From Camelus dromedarius (taxonomy: Eukaryota): DNA of 64,000 nucleotides. The notes under the pieces were generated by a model. It was not told the DNA's origin. It saw only the letters and a program-made list of their open reading frames with translations, and did no database searches. The stretch's first letter is position 1. The number at the start of each line of letters is the position of its first letter. The position numbers and the translations under genes are program-made. The DNA is taken from positions 52,392,001 to 52,456,000 of the forward strand of contig NC_087436.1 in NCBI RefSeq assembly GCF_036321535.1. Reading direction: 5' to 3'. Positions 1 through 13,505 of this stretch are shown here, in pieces.

Positions 1-501
1 CCTTAAGTTATTAGAGTCTTCACTCTATCACAGCTGCTTCAAAGAATACCTGGCCTTGCACCTTTATGTCTCTGCTCTGGGACTCACGTGCCCAAGCTCT
101 GGCTGCCAAAGAATAGGGAGAGGAGACACCTCCCATTTGGCTTCTCTAGTGAAATGAAAGGTGACCCAAGAAAGGGCACTCAGGTTGGAATACACATGTC
201 GTAGATACAATCTAACTCTGGAACCCCCACCACCCAGAAACCTTGACAGTGAATTTTGAAAGAAAATTGTCTTGCAGTTTAGACTGTATTTGTTTTGCAT
301 CAAGCTTCTTAAATAACTTCCTGCCCCCAGATTTTCTTTTCTCCTGTCTACATCCAATGTGAAGAACCTTAAGATCCTGCTTTTAAAAATCTGATCAGAT
401 TTTAGCTTTTTGGCTTAGTGTAGCAGGTACTTTTATCAGGAAACTAGTCCTAATTTAAGTAAACATAAAAGAAGCAGAACTATAAAACTCTGACAGGGTC
501 A

Positions 502-524
502 TTTTTTTTTTTTTTTTTTTTTTT
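502..524. repeat. Poly(T) tract, 23 nt
   Basis: Uninterrupted T run read directly. Confidence 0.95.
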
Positions 525-1286
525 GCCACTTCCTACTCTGCATCCTTGATCCAGGATTAAAACATGGTGTGGGGTACAGAGAAACTCTGACATAGAGAAG
601 AGAGAAATCATTTCCTCTGTCCCAAGGCATTTCATATTGTTCCAAAAGCGTCAAGACAATTTAACCATTCTTTGTTGGATCTTTAACCCTTCTGTTGTAT
701 GTCTTTGATGGCTTGTAAAATAAATATGGATAGTACCAAACAATTGATTTTTTATTTAAAGAGTATAATTAGAATTCAGAATCAAAAGTCTTTCAGGACC
801 TAAAGTGTGTTTAAAATTTTAAGCCAGTGATCTTGATAGCACCCATCTGTAACACATATTACTTGTTTCCCTTTCTCAGTTGACTGCTAGTTCCACATAG
901 ACAGAAGCAACCTATCCTACTTACCAAATGTCCAGCACCCGACATGGCATCCAAAACAGAAAAGCCAAGAGTATATGGATATTCAGCTCTATAAGAGTTC
1001 CAGCTTATGATTTTGTTGTGGATACACAGTAGACCACAAATTTTGATGAAATTAGTTGGAAGGATATAGCAAAGGAAATGAATAAAACTACACATGTAAA
1101 TAAATAGCTGAGAAGAAAAATCTTGTTCTGTTGTTTAAAGGGATTTTTGTTCTGTAGCCAATTGAGCTGAAGAAAAACATTATAGGTCCTTTGTAAGAGC
1201 AAGTTTTCTCATTCTCCAATGGAAAATAATGGCCTTGAGTGAAGGAATGGGCAGACACCATTAAGAATACTTCCTGTAAAATACAG

Positions 1287-1415
1287 CAGTGTTTCTCACA
1301 ATCACCTGGGCAGCTTGGTCACACGCAGATCCTGGGACTCACTTCTCCAGGAAGAGTTGTGGAGTTGTGGCCCAGGAATCTGCATGAGGCTGGTCCTCAA
1401 ACACCCTTTGAAAAA
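1287..1415 (+). mobile_element. MER5-like hAT-Charlie DNA transposon fragment
   Basis: CAGTGTTTCTCA start, AATCACCTGGG, GGCCCAGGAATCTGCAT and CACCCTTTGAAAAA resemble MER5A/MER5A1 blocks. Confidence 0.6.
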
Positions 1416-2689
1416 GAAGACAACCCACAGTGGGCCTTGCACAGGTGAGGATTTGACTTGTGGCTGCAACCACTACCTACAAAGTGCAGGGCTTTGCATC
1501 TTTGTTCCTTGAAATTTGTAATTCTAATTTTATTTATTTACAGAAAAGTTAGGAGAAGGTTTTTTTTTACAAAGAAGAGCCTGGATCAAGATGCCCTGAA
1601 ATCTCTTTTTGAGGAGAAAATTCTCCCTAATCATGAATGGTTAACCTATCTAGCATCCCACATAATGTCTTTCTTTTTTTTTTTCTCTGTACACTGTAGA
1701 CCCTTGTCTACTGGGTACTGTGAAACTCTAAATTGCTTGTGGGGGAGTTGAACAATTTTTACCTTAACCTTACATTACTGCAGCATTTTGCATAATATAT
1801 ATAATTTTTAGTGAAGGCTTTTCATAAAACTGAACACTCTACAGGTATTCCACCTACATGGCCGTCTAATTTCATACCCCTGATAGATTTCCCTACAATG
1901 TTGCTAGGAGACCAAGACACTTCTTAACAAAGGATGCAGAATGTATTAACCATGTGGATACGTGCTCCCCCAGTCCATTGGCTTGTTGCAAATGTAGCTT
2001 CCTTAAAATGTGATGTTTATGACAATACAAGTAACCATAGGGAAATTGCTCAGCTCACTAACATAGGGATGTGGTACTCTTCTGAGCAACACCACCGTCT
2101 TGCTCTTCTGCCTGTTTTATGACCACATAAAGGTGGAGAGGGCTGTGGGGTTTTATTTCTTCATGGGACAAAGACTTGCATTTTGCTGCTGCTCCATTCC
2201 ATTTAGGAACTAAAGATAAGAGAAAAAGAATCAGAGCACAAGCATCAGGGATTGTTGGGAAATAGATTTCTCTCAACATTTTCTGATATTCACCCCTTTT
2301 TTTTTCATTTTAGTACCCCTTTGGGGTATATTATGTCAGCCATGGTAGGCCAAGATTCTCCGTTAACATTGTAATTTGATCCTAAGGTGACAATCTAATT
2401 AGCAGAAATCTTATTATCAATTTATAAATTTCAAAAATAATAGAAGTTTTGGTGATAGGTCTTCTGTGTCATCAAGTGAAACTGTGGGGAGAGTCCAGAA
2501 GTGCCAGTTCAGAACTCCTTTAGTGGTCAGGTACAGATAGAAGCTGTCTTCATAACAATAAACCTCACACAATGGAGATTCTGAAAAGTCCAGGATGGGA
2601 CAGCCCACGCTCCAGAATTATTTGATCCTGCAAATGTGGGTTGCTTCTGTGGGCACTCACCTTTTGAGCATGTTCTCCCTCTACTGCAG

Positions 2690-3000
2690 TAGTCCCCTCT
2701 GCCTACAACAACTTTCAGCTGTTTAACTTCCTTTGGAGCTTTAAGATGTCAATTCTTTTGTCCCTTTCTCAAGGAAACCTGTAAACCCTTCCACTCCATC
2801 CCAACTGAAGCCCTTACTCTAAACTGTCACAGTAGCATTTAAAAAATGTACAACTGTAGATGTGATGATTTAGGTGAACGTCAGTCTTCTTCCCCTCCTC
2901 GTTCCATGAAGGCAGAGGTTTGTCCCCTACTATAGTCAAAGAAGCTGCCTTTTATTGGAGGTTTATGAATATTCAGTGCATACTTGATAAATAACTGAGA
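2690..3000 (+). mobile_element. L2 LINE 3' fragment, highly diverged
   Basis: CCCCTCTGCCT, TTCCATGAAGGCAGAG and TGATAAATAACTGA occur in L2 3'-end order. Confidence 0.5.
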
Positions 3001-3304
3001 CATGTAGTACTGTTCTCTCCAACAGTCTCGCTCTCTGGTTCTCTTTTTTTGACCTGTCCTCTGTACCTTATCCATTACTCTAAGTTACTTCTAGGATTTT
3101 AGTTTGTTTCCTTCGTCTTCCTCCTGTAGTTCTAAACCCTACTTTGAAAGCCCAGCCCGTCCTGATGACTTCCAAATTCAATGATTCTGTCTTCTCTTCT
3201 CATTTTAGCTCTAGTCTTCTCTTCTATGCTGTATTTAAGATTTAACCACTTGAAGTTTCAGCTGTCATTTCAAATTCCACTTGGGTGAAATAGGTGAACG
3301 AGTA

Positions 3305-3520
3305 TTGGCTTTGTTCTTAGGACTCATACATACTTAGTGCTGTGCAATTTTGAGAAAATTATTTTACCTCTCTGAGTCTCCATTTCCTTACTTATGAGAT
3401 TGAAATACTGATAATTTTCTTACAACATTGTTTCAAAGATTGAGTAAGTATAATACACACACATATGTGTACATGTGTTTACATTCTAACATTCCTCAGT
3501 GCTCAATACTTGAGACAGCC
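3305..3520 (+). mobile_element. MIR SINE
   Basis: Core TTTTACCTCTCTGAGTCTCCATTTCCTTA resembles the MIR core TTAACCTCTCTGAGCCTCAGTTTCCTCA. Confidence 0.65.
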
Positions 3521-3559
3521 TGCTGGCAATAATAAGCATGTATTGCTTTCTATATTGAT

Positions 3560-4280
3560 TAGAATAAATCATCTCCTCAACCTCTTATTCTTTCCCATTT
3601 TACTTTTCTTTTAAACAATAAAACCCCGTTTTTCTTAATCACTTAGGTTCAATATCTTAGAGTCATTTTTCTACTCCGTAGGTCAAATCAAAAAACAAAT
3701 CCTTTAACTTATTCCTTCAAACTCTGTCTCTGATTCAACATGTTGAATTCAAAATGTTGTTCTCATTTTTACCACCCCAGCCCTGGCCCTCACACTTGAC
3801 TCTGGATACTTGTTGCTCTACCCTAGTCTCTTAATACTGTGCCTGTTACCAGTTTAATCCTCCTAGATCATGTGGCTTTATGAGCAAGAATCTCATGGAA
3901 AAGACAAATAGCACTCCTGGCAGAATCAAGTCCAGGTTTCTCCTCCCACTTTCTGCTTTTCTTTCTTACCTGTCTAGCCTAAACTCCTCATGGATCCCAT
4001 GAATTCAAGACCCAATTAGTCGTTTCTCCTTTCTGGACTCCACATACCTCACACTTCTTGATGGTCCCCAGTTGTCTGCTCTTTACTGTGCTGTTCCTTC
4101 TGCCCTTTTCTTGCCAATCCATTTTCTCAAAGCTCAAATCCATGCTTTTACCTAAATTTCTGTAGCTTTCTTCACCTACAATTTCATGATGATGTGATGA
4201 TTATTTGTGTTACAGTGGCCCTGACTGTTTCTTGTATGAACTTATTCTAAGTTCCTTGAATATGGTGGCTGTGACTTCTA
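3560..4280 (+). mobile_element. L2 LINE fragments
   Basis: CTTAGAGTCATTTTT, GCTGTTCCTTCTGCC and AAGTTCCTTGAATATGG-type L2 blocks in a pyrimidine-rich context. Confidence 0.5.
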
Positions 4281-4732
4281 TTTTATCCCCCCTTTGCTGG
4301 GCTCTAATTAATTCTGGATTGTACATGGAATTTTTAATTTGCCTTCTTTACTGTAACCACTCTGGGTTGAAGTACCACAGAGAGAAACTGAAACTTAATA
4401 GGTTGAACTGTATGAAGTTATCAGTAACTTCAATAATTGATGAATTTTGTCTGGTAATACCAACAATGTTGTATGGTTCAACCTGCTAATTTAAAGTCCT
4501 GATCTCAGATGACTTGCTAAAATACCAAATGGATGCTCTCTTGGTTTAAAAACTGTTCTTAGAAATTAGAAAGAGAATAGTTTACTGTCTTGTTTGTATC
4601 TCGTTCCACATGCTCTAGAAAGGACGGGCTGGGGAAGAAAATATTGGAGGTGGTTAATAAACTTTAAATCCATGTTTTTTCCTGAAAAACGAATTTCTAT
4701 TGTGTATAATGGAATTACTAACATTATTACTA

Positions 4733-4953
4733 GGACAGATCCAGGATCAAAGTCCCAACTCTGCCACCACTTTGAATAACCTAAAACAACTTGCCTAAAT
4801 TTTCTGTCTCTTTGGTTCCTCATCTATCAAAGGAGGTTGATAACTAAGTACCCACCTCTCAGAGTCAGGGTGAAAATTAAATGAATTAATCTAAATAAAG
4901 CCTTAGATCAGTGCTGGCACAAATATGTGATGAATTTCAGTTGCTTTTATTAT
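4733..4953 (+). mobile_element. MIR SINE
   Basis: TCCCAACTCTGCCAC...TTCCTCATCTATCAAA...ATTAAATGAATTAAT...CAGTGCTGGCACA follow the MIR consensus order. Confidence 0.8.
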
Positions 4954-6399
4954 TTCTAATTTTAATAAAGGAAGAGTGTCTGATAGCCTGTAGATGTGAC
5001 CCAGTACCAGTAAACATAATAGGAGCTCTCTGTTTACCTTGTAGGGCAACAAATCACCTTATTTATTCTTCCTGATTTTTAAGTGAAATTTGAGACATCT
5101 CAAAACCAACAAAAATAATAAGTAAATAAATATCCTATTCCTATAAAGTAAATTACTGTAATCTCATATTGTGTCTCTTATCTTTTCCTATGTAGATCTG
5201 AGTTCAAAGAGACAGTATTAGAGACCTCTGTCACTTGTTTTTAGAAATATCCTGAACTTTCTACAATAGATCATTTCTCCTTCACATCTCTCCTGTCTAC
5301 TAAAACAAAAGACAGCTCAGAAAACCAATTATCCAAGCAAAGCTCAGTTCTTCTTGTACTTACGAAATAAAAATAAACTGAAACCATAATACTGAGTAGT
5401 GGTATGGATCGTCCATGAATTAAGGATTTGTCTGATTGAAAAGATTCAGCATGATGCTTGAAGACACACTGAAATTGCCCAGTACTTTTATGACAACAGT
5501 GTATTTATATAGGATTTATTCCTGAATGAGTGAATGTATTTGTGGATTTAACAAATTACTATGTGTAAACCATTTTTAAAATACCTGATTAGGCTGACAT
5601 CACCTCTGTTGATTCATCTACTTATTAATTCAACAAATATTTGTGAAGGGATTACTGTAGGCTAAGCATGTAGTAATCCACAGCTTACCTAAATTAGAGC
5701 TGCCTCTCCTCTCTGGCAACTCGGATTCTTTTTTATTGCATTCTGTCAAAAAATTACTCGCTCTATAAGGATAGACACAGCCAAAGAGTTTATGATCTTT
5801 TTGTTTCCAATTTAATTGGTGCCTATATATTCGTTATTTCCAACTTCATGTATATCTCCTGCCTAATGTGATGTGCTTTAGCTGTACAGCGACCCTGCCT
5901 CTCATCACTGGTATCCCTGCCTGCCAATGGGGAAGAAAGCTCTGTGAGTCCAGATGATTCCGGGGAGTGCTCTGACCCTTTTCCTTCCCCTAACTTCTTG
6001 GAAGAAATGACCGTTTTCTTGGTGATCTTCATTCTCAACCTTCTTACCTCATTTGGTTCTTTTTTCTCTCTGTTCAAAATAATCATAATTCTTCAACAAA
6101 GGGGCTTGAATATTGTGTATAGTACATGATCTCGTCTCTTTTTTTTAGTTTTTCATTCTATTTTTTGGGAGGGGCTCAGAAATCCAGAAATTTTGGTGTA
6201 CCTAGCCTGAGAAAAATAGGTAACAGCCCTTTAATTTCATCCCTTCCCAAGACAAGAAAAAAATATTAAATGGCTGTGCCAGGGATTTCAAGTCCCATAA
6301 ATGGTGCTTTCCAAAGTATCTTTCATAATGTGTAATTACATGTGTTGAGTGAAAAAATCAGAGTCAACTGGAACTGGTAAATGCAGCAGAGAAGGCAAA

Positions 6400-6780
6400 T
6401 ACATGATCCCCATTTTCAAGGATTTAGAGTCTGAGAAAAATAGATTTTGAACAATTGCACAGAAAGGAGGAAAAGAACATTTCTGGCAGGGGGAGGCAGC
6501 GTTAGATAGAACCTGAGGGAAAAGAGCATGGTGGTTTTAAGAAATTAAAAGAGGATCCCTATGGATGAAATGTGGCATGACAAAGAAAGGAGGCCCAGAT
6601 CCTGCAGGTTTCTGTGCCTTTCAAGGTGTTTGGACTTTAATTTACCCTCAGGGCCAGCGCAGTCAGGGAAGAATTTTCAACCACAGAGTGAGCTGTCGGA
6701 TTTGTGTCTTTCAAGATTACTTTAAGGTGTAGTGTAGAAGCATTGGAAGAGGGAGAACAGAAGAGAGGGAGCCAGTTGTC
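6400..6780 (-). mobile_element. L2 LINE fragment (antisense)
   Basis: AGAACATTTCTGGCAGGGGGAGG, GGCCCAGATCCTGCAGG, TTTGGACTTTA and GATTTGTGTCTTTCAAGATTACT match the reverse complement of L2. Confidence 0.65.
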
Positions 6781-7079
6781 GTTATAAATTTCATTTAATT
6801 AATCTTTTGTTTGGCTTAGATTTAAAAAAAAAAACAATCTTAAACCTTTCTTTAATTTCTAACCTCATTTCGTCTCATAATCCTTTCTAAAAGAGTTTTC
6901 TTCTATTATCTTGCCCAGTCTTATCTTCCCAGGGCCTGGTGGAGAAGCCCTATCTTTTAGAAAACCTTCTAGATCTTGCCATTTATTTCTAACTTTTTGC
7001 TATTTGCGGTTGTGAATTATTGTAGCAATTTATTGGTTCAGCCACTTGCTATAGTTATGGCAAACTGAGATGAAGAGTC

Positions 7080-7270
7080 CTTTGAGGCCAGATAGAACTG
7101 GGTTCTAATTTCTAACTGTGTGATTTAGGGCATGTTACTTAAACTCACGGAACTTGGGCTTATTTATATGTGTGATGCAAGAAAACTACTTCCTTCTCAT
7201 GATTATGTTAATTAAGTGATAGAACCTAGCATAGTTTCTTAAATGTAGTGGTTTTTAACTAATAAAGTGG
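7080..7270 (+). mobile_element. MIR SINE
   Basis: TTTGAGGCCAGATAGAACTGGGTTCTAAT...AACTGTGTGATTTAGGGCATGTTACTTAA. Confidence 0.7.
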
Positions 7271-7699
7271 TTTCTTCTTTCGTCCTCTTCTTCCTTGTTT
7301 TTTTTAATTAATCAGAGAAGGAGGTCTGCCTTGCTTAGCTGTACAATAGTTTCAGAGCCTTGCATACAATAGTAAATAAATAATTAATGAATTAAATGGA
7401 AATGCTGTCATCCACACAGTCTTAATAAAGTAAGTTACTTCATCAAGTGGTGTAACTTGGTGTTAGCAATATTCTCTTTTTTTGTCCCACTGTATTAGAT
7501 ATGGCTTTGCCCACATAGATAGCTCCTAAAATTTATTTCTAGTGAGTCTGGAAGAATATTAGTACTATGAGCCAGGGATTTTGTCTCTACCCTGATCTCC
7601 TGTTCTCTAGACAGTGATTCATTGTTTTAGAGGCTAATCTAATTTTCTTTTTAAAAATTGTGATTGCCACAGCACCTTGACCAGCATGGCTAAAATGAA

Positions 7700-8345
7700 G
7701 TAGCCTGAGAGAACTGCATGTTGGCCAGAAAATCAGACAAACATACTCTGCTGATGAGAGACAACCGTTGGTACAACTGCTTTGGAAAACCTTTTGGCAA
7801 TATTTACTGAAGCTAAATATACACATGCCTATAACTCAGCAGTTCCACTTCTGTGTGTATACATCCAACAGAAATAGACCCATGCATTCATCAATAGACA
7901 GTTGTATGAATGTTTGCAAAAGTATAATTCTTAACAAGCCTAATGGAAGCAAACCAATATCTATTCAGAGTAGAATGGATACATATTTGTGTTCTTGTAC
8001 CAGGGATTATTATATAACAATAAGAATAAGTGAATTAAAACAGTATACTGTAATATGGATGGATCTCACAAGTATAATTTTGAGTGAAAAAAGTCAGTTG
8101 CAAGAGAGCACAAATTTATTACTCTATTTATATAAGATTCAGAAATAGGCAAAGCCAATCTTTGGTGTTAGTATTCAGGATAGTAGTTACCTATGAGGGA
8201 CTTGTGACTGGAAATGGAAAACAAGAGGTATTTTAAATCTTATTGGTAGTAACATAGTGGGTTCACTTTGTATAAAATCATCAAGCTGTTTATTTAAGAT
8301 TTGTGCACATTTTGTATGTTATGCTTCAATAAAAAGTTTACATAA
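7700..8345 (+). mobile_element. Old L1 (L1MC/L1MD-type) ORF2 C-terminal remnant plus 3' UTR
   Basis: ORF 7768-8148 (VQLLWKTFWQYLLKLNIHMP) resembles the L1 ORF2 C-terminus (VQPLWKxVWxFLxKLxIxLP). ATGGATGGATCTCACAAGTATAATTTTGAGTGAAAAAAG is present and the segment ends in CTTCAATAAAAAG. Confidence 0.85.
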
Positions 8346-8724
8346 AATAAAATTGATGATAATCAACTTGTCGAGGCTTAGCAAGCTACTGTGGGATTGC
8401 AGTAATTAATAAATGATCCATCTCCAGAGTTTGTTGGCATAAACCCTCAGTGCCAGTATGTGGACAGAGAAATAGCAAAAGTCAGATTTGTGTCAACTCT
8501 TTTTAAGCAGATATTTAAAAAAAGAAAAACTTGTTGGGTGAGTCAAAACTAATAAAAAATACTTTTATACTAATTATGCAGATTTTGCAGCCATGCTTAG
8601 AAGAAATAACAGTTAGAAAATATTCAAGTGGAAGAAAATTATACATTCCCGTTTAGAGTTCTAAGACCACTTTGCAAATTACACTATGTAATTTGGATAT
8701 TATAGATTCTTAGTTTTTTGGGGG

Positions 8725-8870
8725 GATGATAATTTTATAGGAGATGACTCAAGTAGTAGTTCCAGAAGTTAAAGAGCTTGCTCACAGGTTAGTCAGTGAT
8801 GGAGCTTGGTTTTCAAACCCAGTTGTTTCCTGTAACAGAGCCCAAAACCTGAAATGCTTCACTCTTCTAG
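8725..8870 (-). mobile_element. MIR SINE fragment (antisense)
   Basis: AGAAGTTAAAGAGCTTGCTCACAGGTT...GATGGAGCTTGGTTTTCAAACCCAG. Confidence 0.55.
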
Positions 8871-8939
8871 CTGCAGTATGACATGGCTTCAGATTTCTCA
8901 CCATTGAGTTTGATCTCCTTTAAATGCCTTTGATTTGAA

Positions 8940-9590
8940 AATGTACGTCTTTAAATACAATGCTCAGAACTGGATGAAATACTCAAGATATGATGTAACC
9001 AGCACAAAGTAGAATAAAACTTCCTTTCCCTGCACTAGGCTTGCTACATGAAGTACTATGACCTAAGTTTACTACTTTTCTGGACTCATGTTACAAATGC
9101 CCTCTTGATTAAATACAATTTGTGGCTATCTTCTGTCTAACTCAAAACTTCTTTTGTTCTTAAAAAAACATAATTGCTCTGACATCTGCTCCTTAGTCAG
9201 GTAATATCACAATTGACGTTTTTAAAAGTTGTGGTAAAATACATATGGCATAAAATTTACCATCTTAACCATTTTTAAGTTTACAGTTTAGTTGTGTTAA
9301 GTATATTCATGCTGTTGTGCAACCAGTCTTTATAGCTTTTTGATCTTGCAAAGCTGAAATTATAAACACATTAAATAACAGGTCTCCATTCCCCTCTCCC
9401 TCTAGCCCCTGGTAAAACCATTATACTTTCTCTTCTATAAATTTGACTACTTTAGGTGTCTCAGATAAGTGGAATCACACCTTCCAATTCAAAATTACCA
9501 GTTGTATTAATTCTCCTTTTTGAAGAATCTGCATGTCATCTTAAATTTTCATTAGCATGCCCTCTATGTTCTCAACCTAATATTGTTTGC
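8940..9590 (-). mobile_element. CR1/L3 LINE fossil, interrupted by an L1 3' end
   Basis: TGCTCAGAACTGGATGAAATACTCAAGATATGATGTAACCAGCACAAAGTAG matches antisense CR1 ORF2. About 9535-9577 reads VENIEGMLMKI*DDM on the minus strand, similar to CR1 RT EGxLxKFADD. Confidence 0.65.
9218..9480 (-). mobile_element. L1MA/L1MB-type 3' end
   Basis: TTGTGGTAAAATACATATGGCATAAAATTTACCATCTTAACCATTTTTAAG...CTCAGATAAGTGGAATCA, a typical antisense L1MB 3' end. Confidence 0.85.
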
Positions 9591-11569
9591 AAGTCCAACA
9601 TTAAAGTCCTCACTTGAGTTGTCATTGACCGATACTGTTTAAATGTGTTTGTTCAAAGTTTCTTCATGAGTTTGATAAGGAAATTATGGATATTAAGATT
9701 ATTTACTTCATAAATAAAGTTTTACTGAAATCCATACTTACTATGACTATAGTATCTCTTTTATTTATGTCCCCAAATTACATTAATTTGAGTTAAAGAT
9801 AGGGATGATATGAACTAATTAGAATGCAAATTGTAGAAAAAATTTTATTAAATGCATTTTCCATTATTTTTTAGTTCACAGACTGCTAAAAAATGCTGCA
9901 GAGTAAAAGTTATTCTATAATTCCTCTAATAAAAATATTAAGAATTATTTCTAATTACATTGGGTAAAACTTGTAAACCAATTGTTTTTCATTTTATATG
10001 TTGAAAAAAAACCTTACAATCTCATTTGGATTATTTGATTTGCTTTCAAATTCTATCTTCATACATTGTACACAGTAAAGCTAAAAGTATTGATCAAAAT
10101 TTTAAAAATTCAGGATCAGTGAAGCTGAGTATGATGGAAGTGCACAGAGCTAATGGGAAATTAGTAGAAAAGTATTCTTAATGACTATATTCCTATCTGA
10201 TATATTCTTCTCATATATACTGACATATCACACAAAACAAACAATACAGGCAACTTTATACATGTATATAAGTGTATAAGTATATATATGTATTTACCTT
10301 CTCTGTATATATCTACTTATATTCTGATTATGTTATTAATTTCATAGAAGAAGTACTGTATGGTAGCACGTTGTAGTCATATATCCAAAGGGAGTCCTAG
10401 GAGAGCTTGAATTCACTTAAATCTGAGTTACACACTGATGATTCCTGAGGAATATATGACCTCCAGGTTAGATAATCAAGACCTTGTTATTTTTATCAAA
10501 TCTGCCAAGAAAAATCAATTACTTCCTTCAAAAACAAATTAAACAACAAACTTTTCTCAAGGAAGTTACACACATTTGTTTATGTAAGTAGAGGTTGTTT
10601 TTGTGTTCCCAAATTCTTGTTTCTCAAGAATGCATTGTTAGAAATGAGTCTAAAGAATAAGATTTTGATATTTTGAGACAGACAGAAATTTGAAGTATAA
10701 CCAAAGTTGTTTTAGCTTCTGTAACTAGTGGTGGGAACTCCAACAGGACTATGTTTAATATAGTCTCTAATTTATCATATCAAACCAGAAAATGTTGAAT
10801 CACTTGAACTGTGAGCATTCTGTCCACTACAGAAATGTATAGGTTTACAAAGTCAAAAGGTTTTTTTTTTCCCAATAGCAATTGTAAAGCTATAGCTTTA
10901 CTGAATTAACTATATATATATACATATATACTTTCTCTGAAATAATGCAATGTGCCCTTATGTTTTACCTGTAAGTTTATTTCATGTCATTGGTTAAAAT
11001 TCCATACATAAAAGGAACTGACCCATGACTGAGAATTTTATTTACTAGAAAGGAAAAGACAAACAACACAAATAATTATATATCACAATTATATATTATA
11101 ATATATGCATATAAGTCTATGATTATAAATATATTATTGATAAGTCATGATATATCATTTATGGAACATATAGTTAACAAAAAATAACTTTAAGCTGGGA
11201 TCTTGAAAATGGCAGTACCTGAGTAGCATTGAGGGATGGGAAAATTCCAGTCTTATTAATTTGCCCAGAGACATTCTTCATAGCATTTTAGAAATCCCAT
11301 GCTATATTTGGATGCTCCTTGTGGCTATATATTAGGCAAAATAACCTTGCTTCAAACCCTGGACCGTTCCCTTTGCATATCTGTAAGTACCAAACAGAAG
11401 ACTGTGATGTTACAGAATAGAACAATCCATGCATTCTGGATGTGCTGTGTTAAGGGATACAAACAAATTGGAACAAAACTATTTGCATGACACAATGAAA
11501 AGATGTGTATAAATCTATCTACACACATACTGACACACATGTATAGTTATGTTTAAGTCATGATACAGA

Positions 11570-11730
11570 CATTGTGTGGTGGTTAAGAGTGTAAGCTTGG
11601 TACCTGGGTAGAAATCTTTGCTTATGGTTTGACTAGTTAACCTCTAAGCCCTTGTTTCTCATTTAAAGGATTGGTGAAAGATTTTATACTTGTAAAACAC
11701 TTAAAAATGTGTTTGCACATAGTGAAGATC
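11570..11730 (+). mobile_element. MIR SINE, degenerate
   Basis: GTGGTTAAGAGTGTAAGCTTGG...TTAACCTCTAAGCCCTTGTTTCTCAT...TGTAAAACACTTA...GCACATAGT. Confidence 0.65.
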
Positions 11731-12894
11731 TATAAATGGAGGCTGATATTGTGAGAAGTAAATTTTGATGTTATATGGGTTAATACATAAGACATGATTG
11801 GCCCAATGACACACAGTCAATGTTTTTGTTATCTTTACATCCCTTGTGCCGGACTTTCTTAGTGTGGAGGGAGGCTGCATTTTGAACTGCCTCCAGCATT
11901 CTGTAGCCATGGACATTGTTTGAAAATGAAGGTTCTTGTACTCCTAATGATGTGATCCTGAAGATGGCGTTTTGTTGTTTCAGAATATTCTCAAATATGT
12001 GCTATCATATTTGACCTTAAAATATTTCTTTCTAAGTAAATGGAAAAGCTATATAAAATATGTATCAACTCAAAAAATATTTATGGAATATCTATTGAGT
12101 GAAGGCATCCCAAGATATATAGTACTTCCTTTTATGGGATTTAAGATCAAGATAAGGATATAAGATATTCATATATGAATATTATGTGTAATATTATTGA
12201 AACTTTAGACTTTATATGAGACATTAAGACAGCAATTATATAACTGTACCATTGAAGGTACATAAAGACTTATTCTTTGGTGTTAAGTCCTAAATTTTAC
12301 TGCTATCAAGCAGTTAATTTTTGCAGAAATACTAAAGTATAAAGCCCTATGTTTCTGACTTCTAGGGAGTTCTAAGTTTCAAAATTCCTTATGATTGCTA
12401 TTTAATTTCTGTCCTTTCTTTTGAATGGTGGGCTGGTTAGGAGGAGGGGATTGCACTGGCTCTCCACATTGAGTGTAAACTCAGTACTTCCACTGGGTTT
12501 CCAGAGGTGGATGTTGCTCCTACCCAACCAGCTTGCTCTGTATCTTCAGGTTGATCAGGAAAGTCTTTGTTAACTGCCAGATGGTATGTTGACCTAAGGA
12601 AATGAGCCTTTAGCTACTGGAAATCTATTGTGCCAAGTACAACATTCCTAAATGAATATGGAAGGAGAGATCATTGTTTATGGTCCACCTATTTATCCAG
12701 AAGAGTTGCTGAGTCCTGGGATTCCAGGAGGGCTAAGGATAGTGAAGTGACAAAATACTCAGGAGACCACTTGAAATTATTTTTCCTTGCTTAATTAGGC
12801 AATAAAATTTTTCCAGGAAAGTGTACTTCCTTAGATTGAGACATTCCTTATTATTGCTGATCTATGGTATTTCAAAAATATGTGCTTAGATCTT

Positions 12895-13505
12895 TATTGT
12901 CAAATATATCCCAGGCATCTCAACACTACTACTTCCACCCTGGTCCTAGGCATCATCATCTCTCCTGAACGACTTGCAATAGTCTCCTGCCCACTCCTTC
13001 TGTTCAGGCATTTCTACACACAGAGAACAGATGAATTATTTTTAAAGGCAAGTGAAATTATTACACTCTTCTACTAAAAACATTTTAGTGGCTCTCCTTT
13101 TTGCTCTAAGTGAAAGCCAGAATCCTTACAATGGCCCCTAAGTTCTAACTGACATCATTTCTCAATCTCATTAACACCCTGCCCTCACTCACTTGGCTTC
13201 CACAACCCTGCCTTCTTGGCTGTGCTCTGAACATGGGGCCTGCTCCCCCTCAGCATCTGGGAACCGTCTCAGCCCAGGGAGCCACACAGCTATATGCCGC
13301 TCCTTACCTCCTTGAAGCCTTGGTTCCATTTGTACCTTCTCAGCAAGGCTGTCTTTGATCACTATATAAAATTATAATACTTCTCAACTCTAACAGCCCA
13401 TTTCACTTGGGTAATTTATTTTCTCCACTATTACCAACAGACATTATTACATAGCTTACTTCTTTATGTATCTGACTCCTACTCCCAGAATACAAGCTAC
13501 ACCCA
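12895..13505 (+). mobile_element. L2 LINE (L2a-like) 3' region
   Basis: CACCCTGGTCCTAGGCATCATCATCTCTCCTGAACGACTTGCAATAG, AAAGCCAGAATCCTTACAATGGCC and CCAGAATACAAGCT. Confidence 0.8.

Noticed and set aside
2871..3300. TAGGTGAACG at both 2871-2880 and 3291-3300, as a possible TSD
   Set aside because: No single element is enclosed and the left copy falls within L2-like sequence.
7768..8148. 126-aa ORF as a host gene
   Set aside because: It is an L1 ORF2 C-terminal and 3' UTR remnant.
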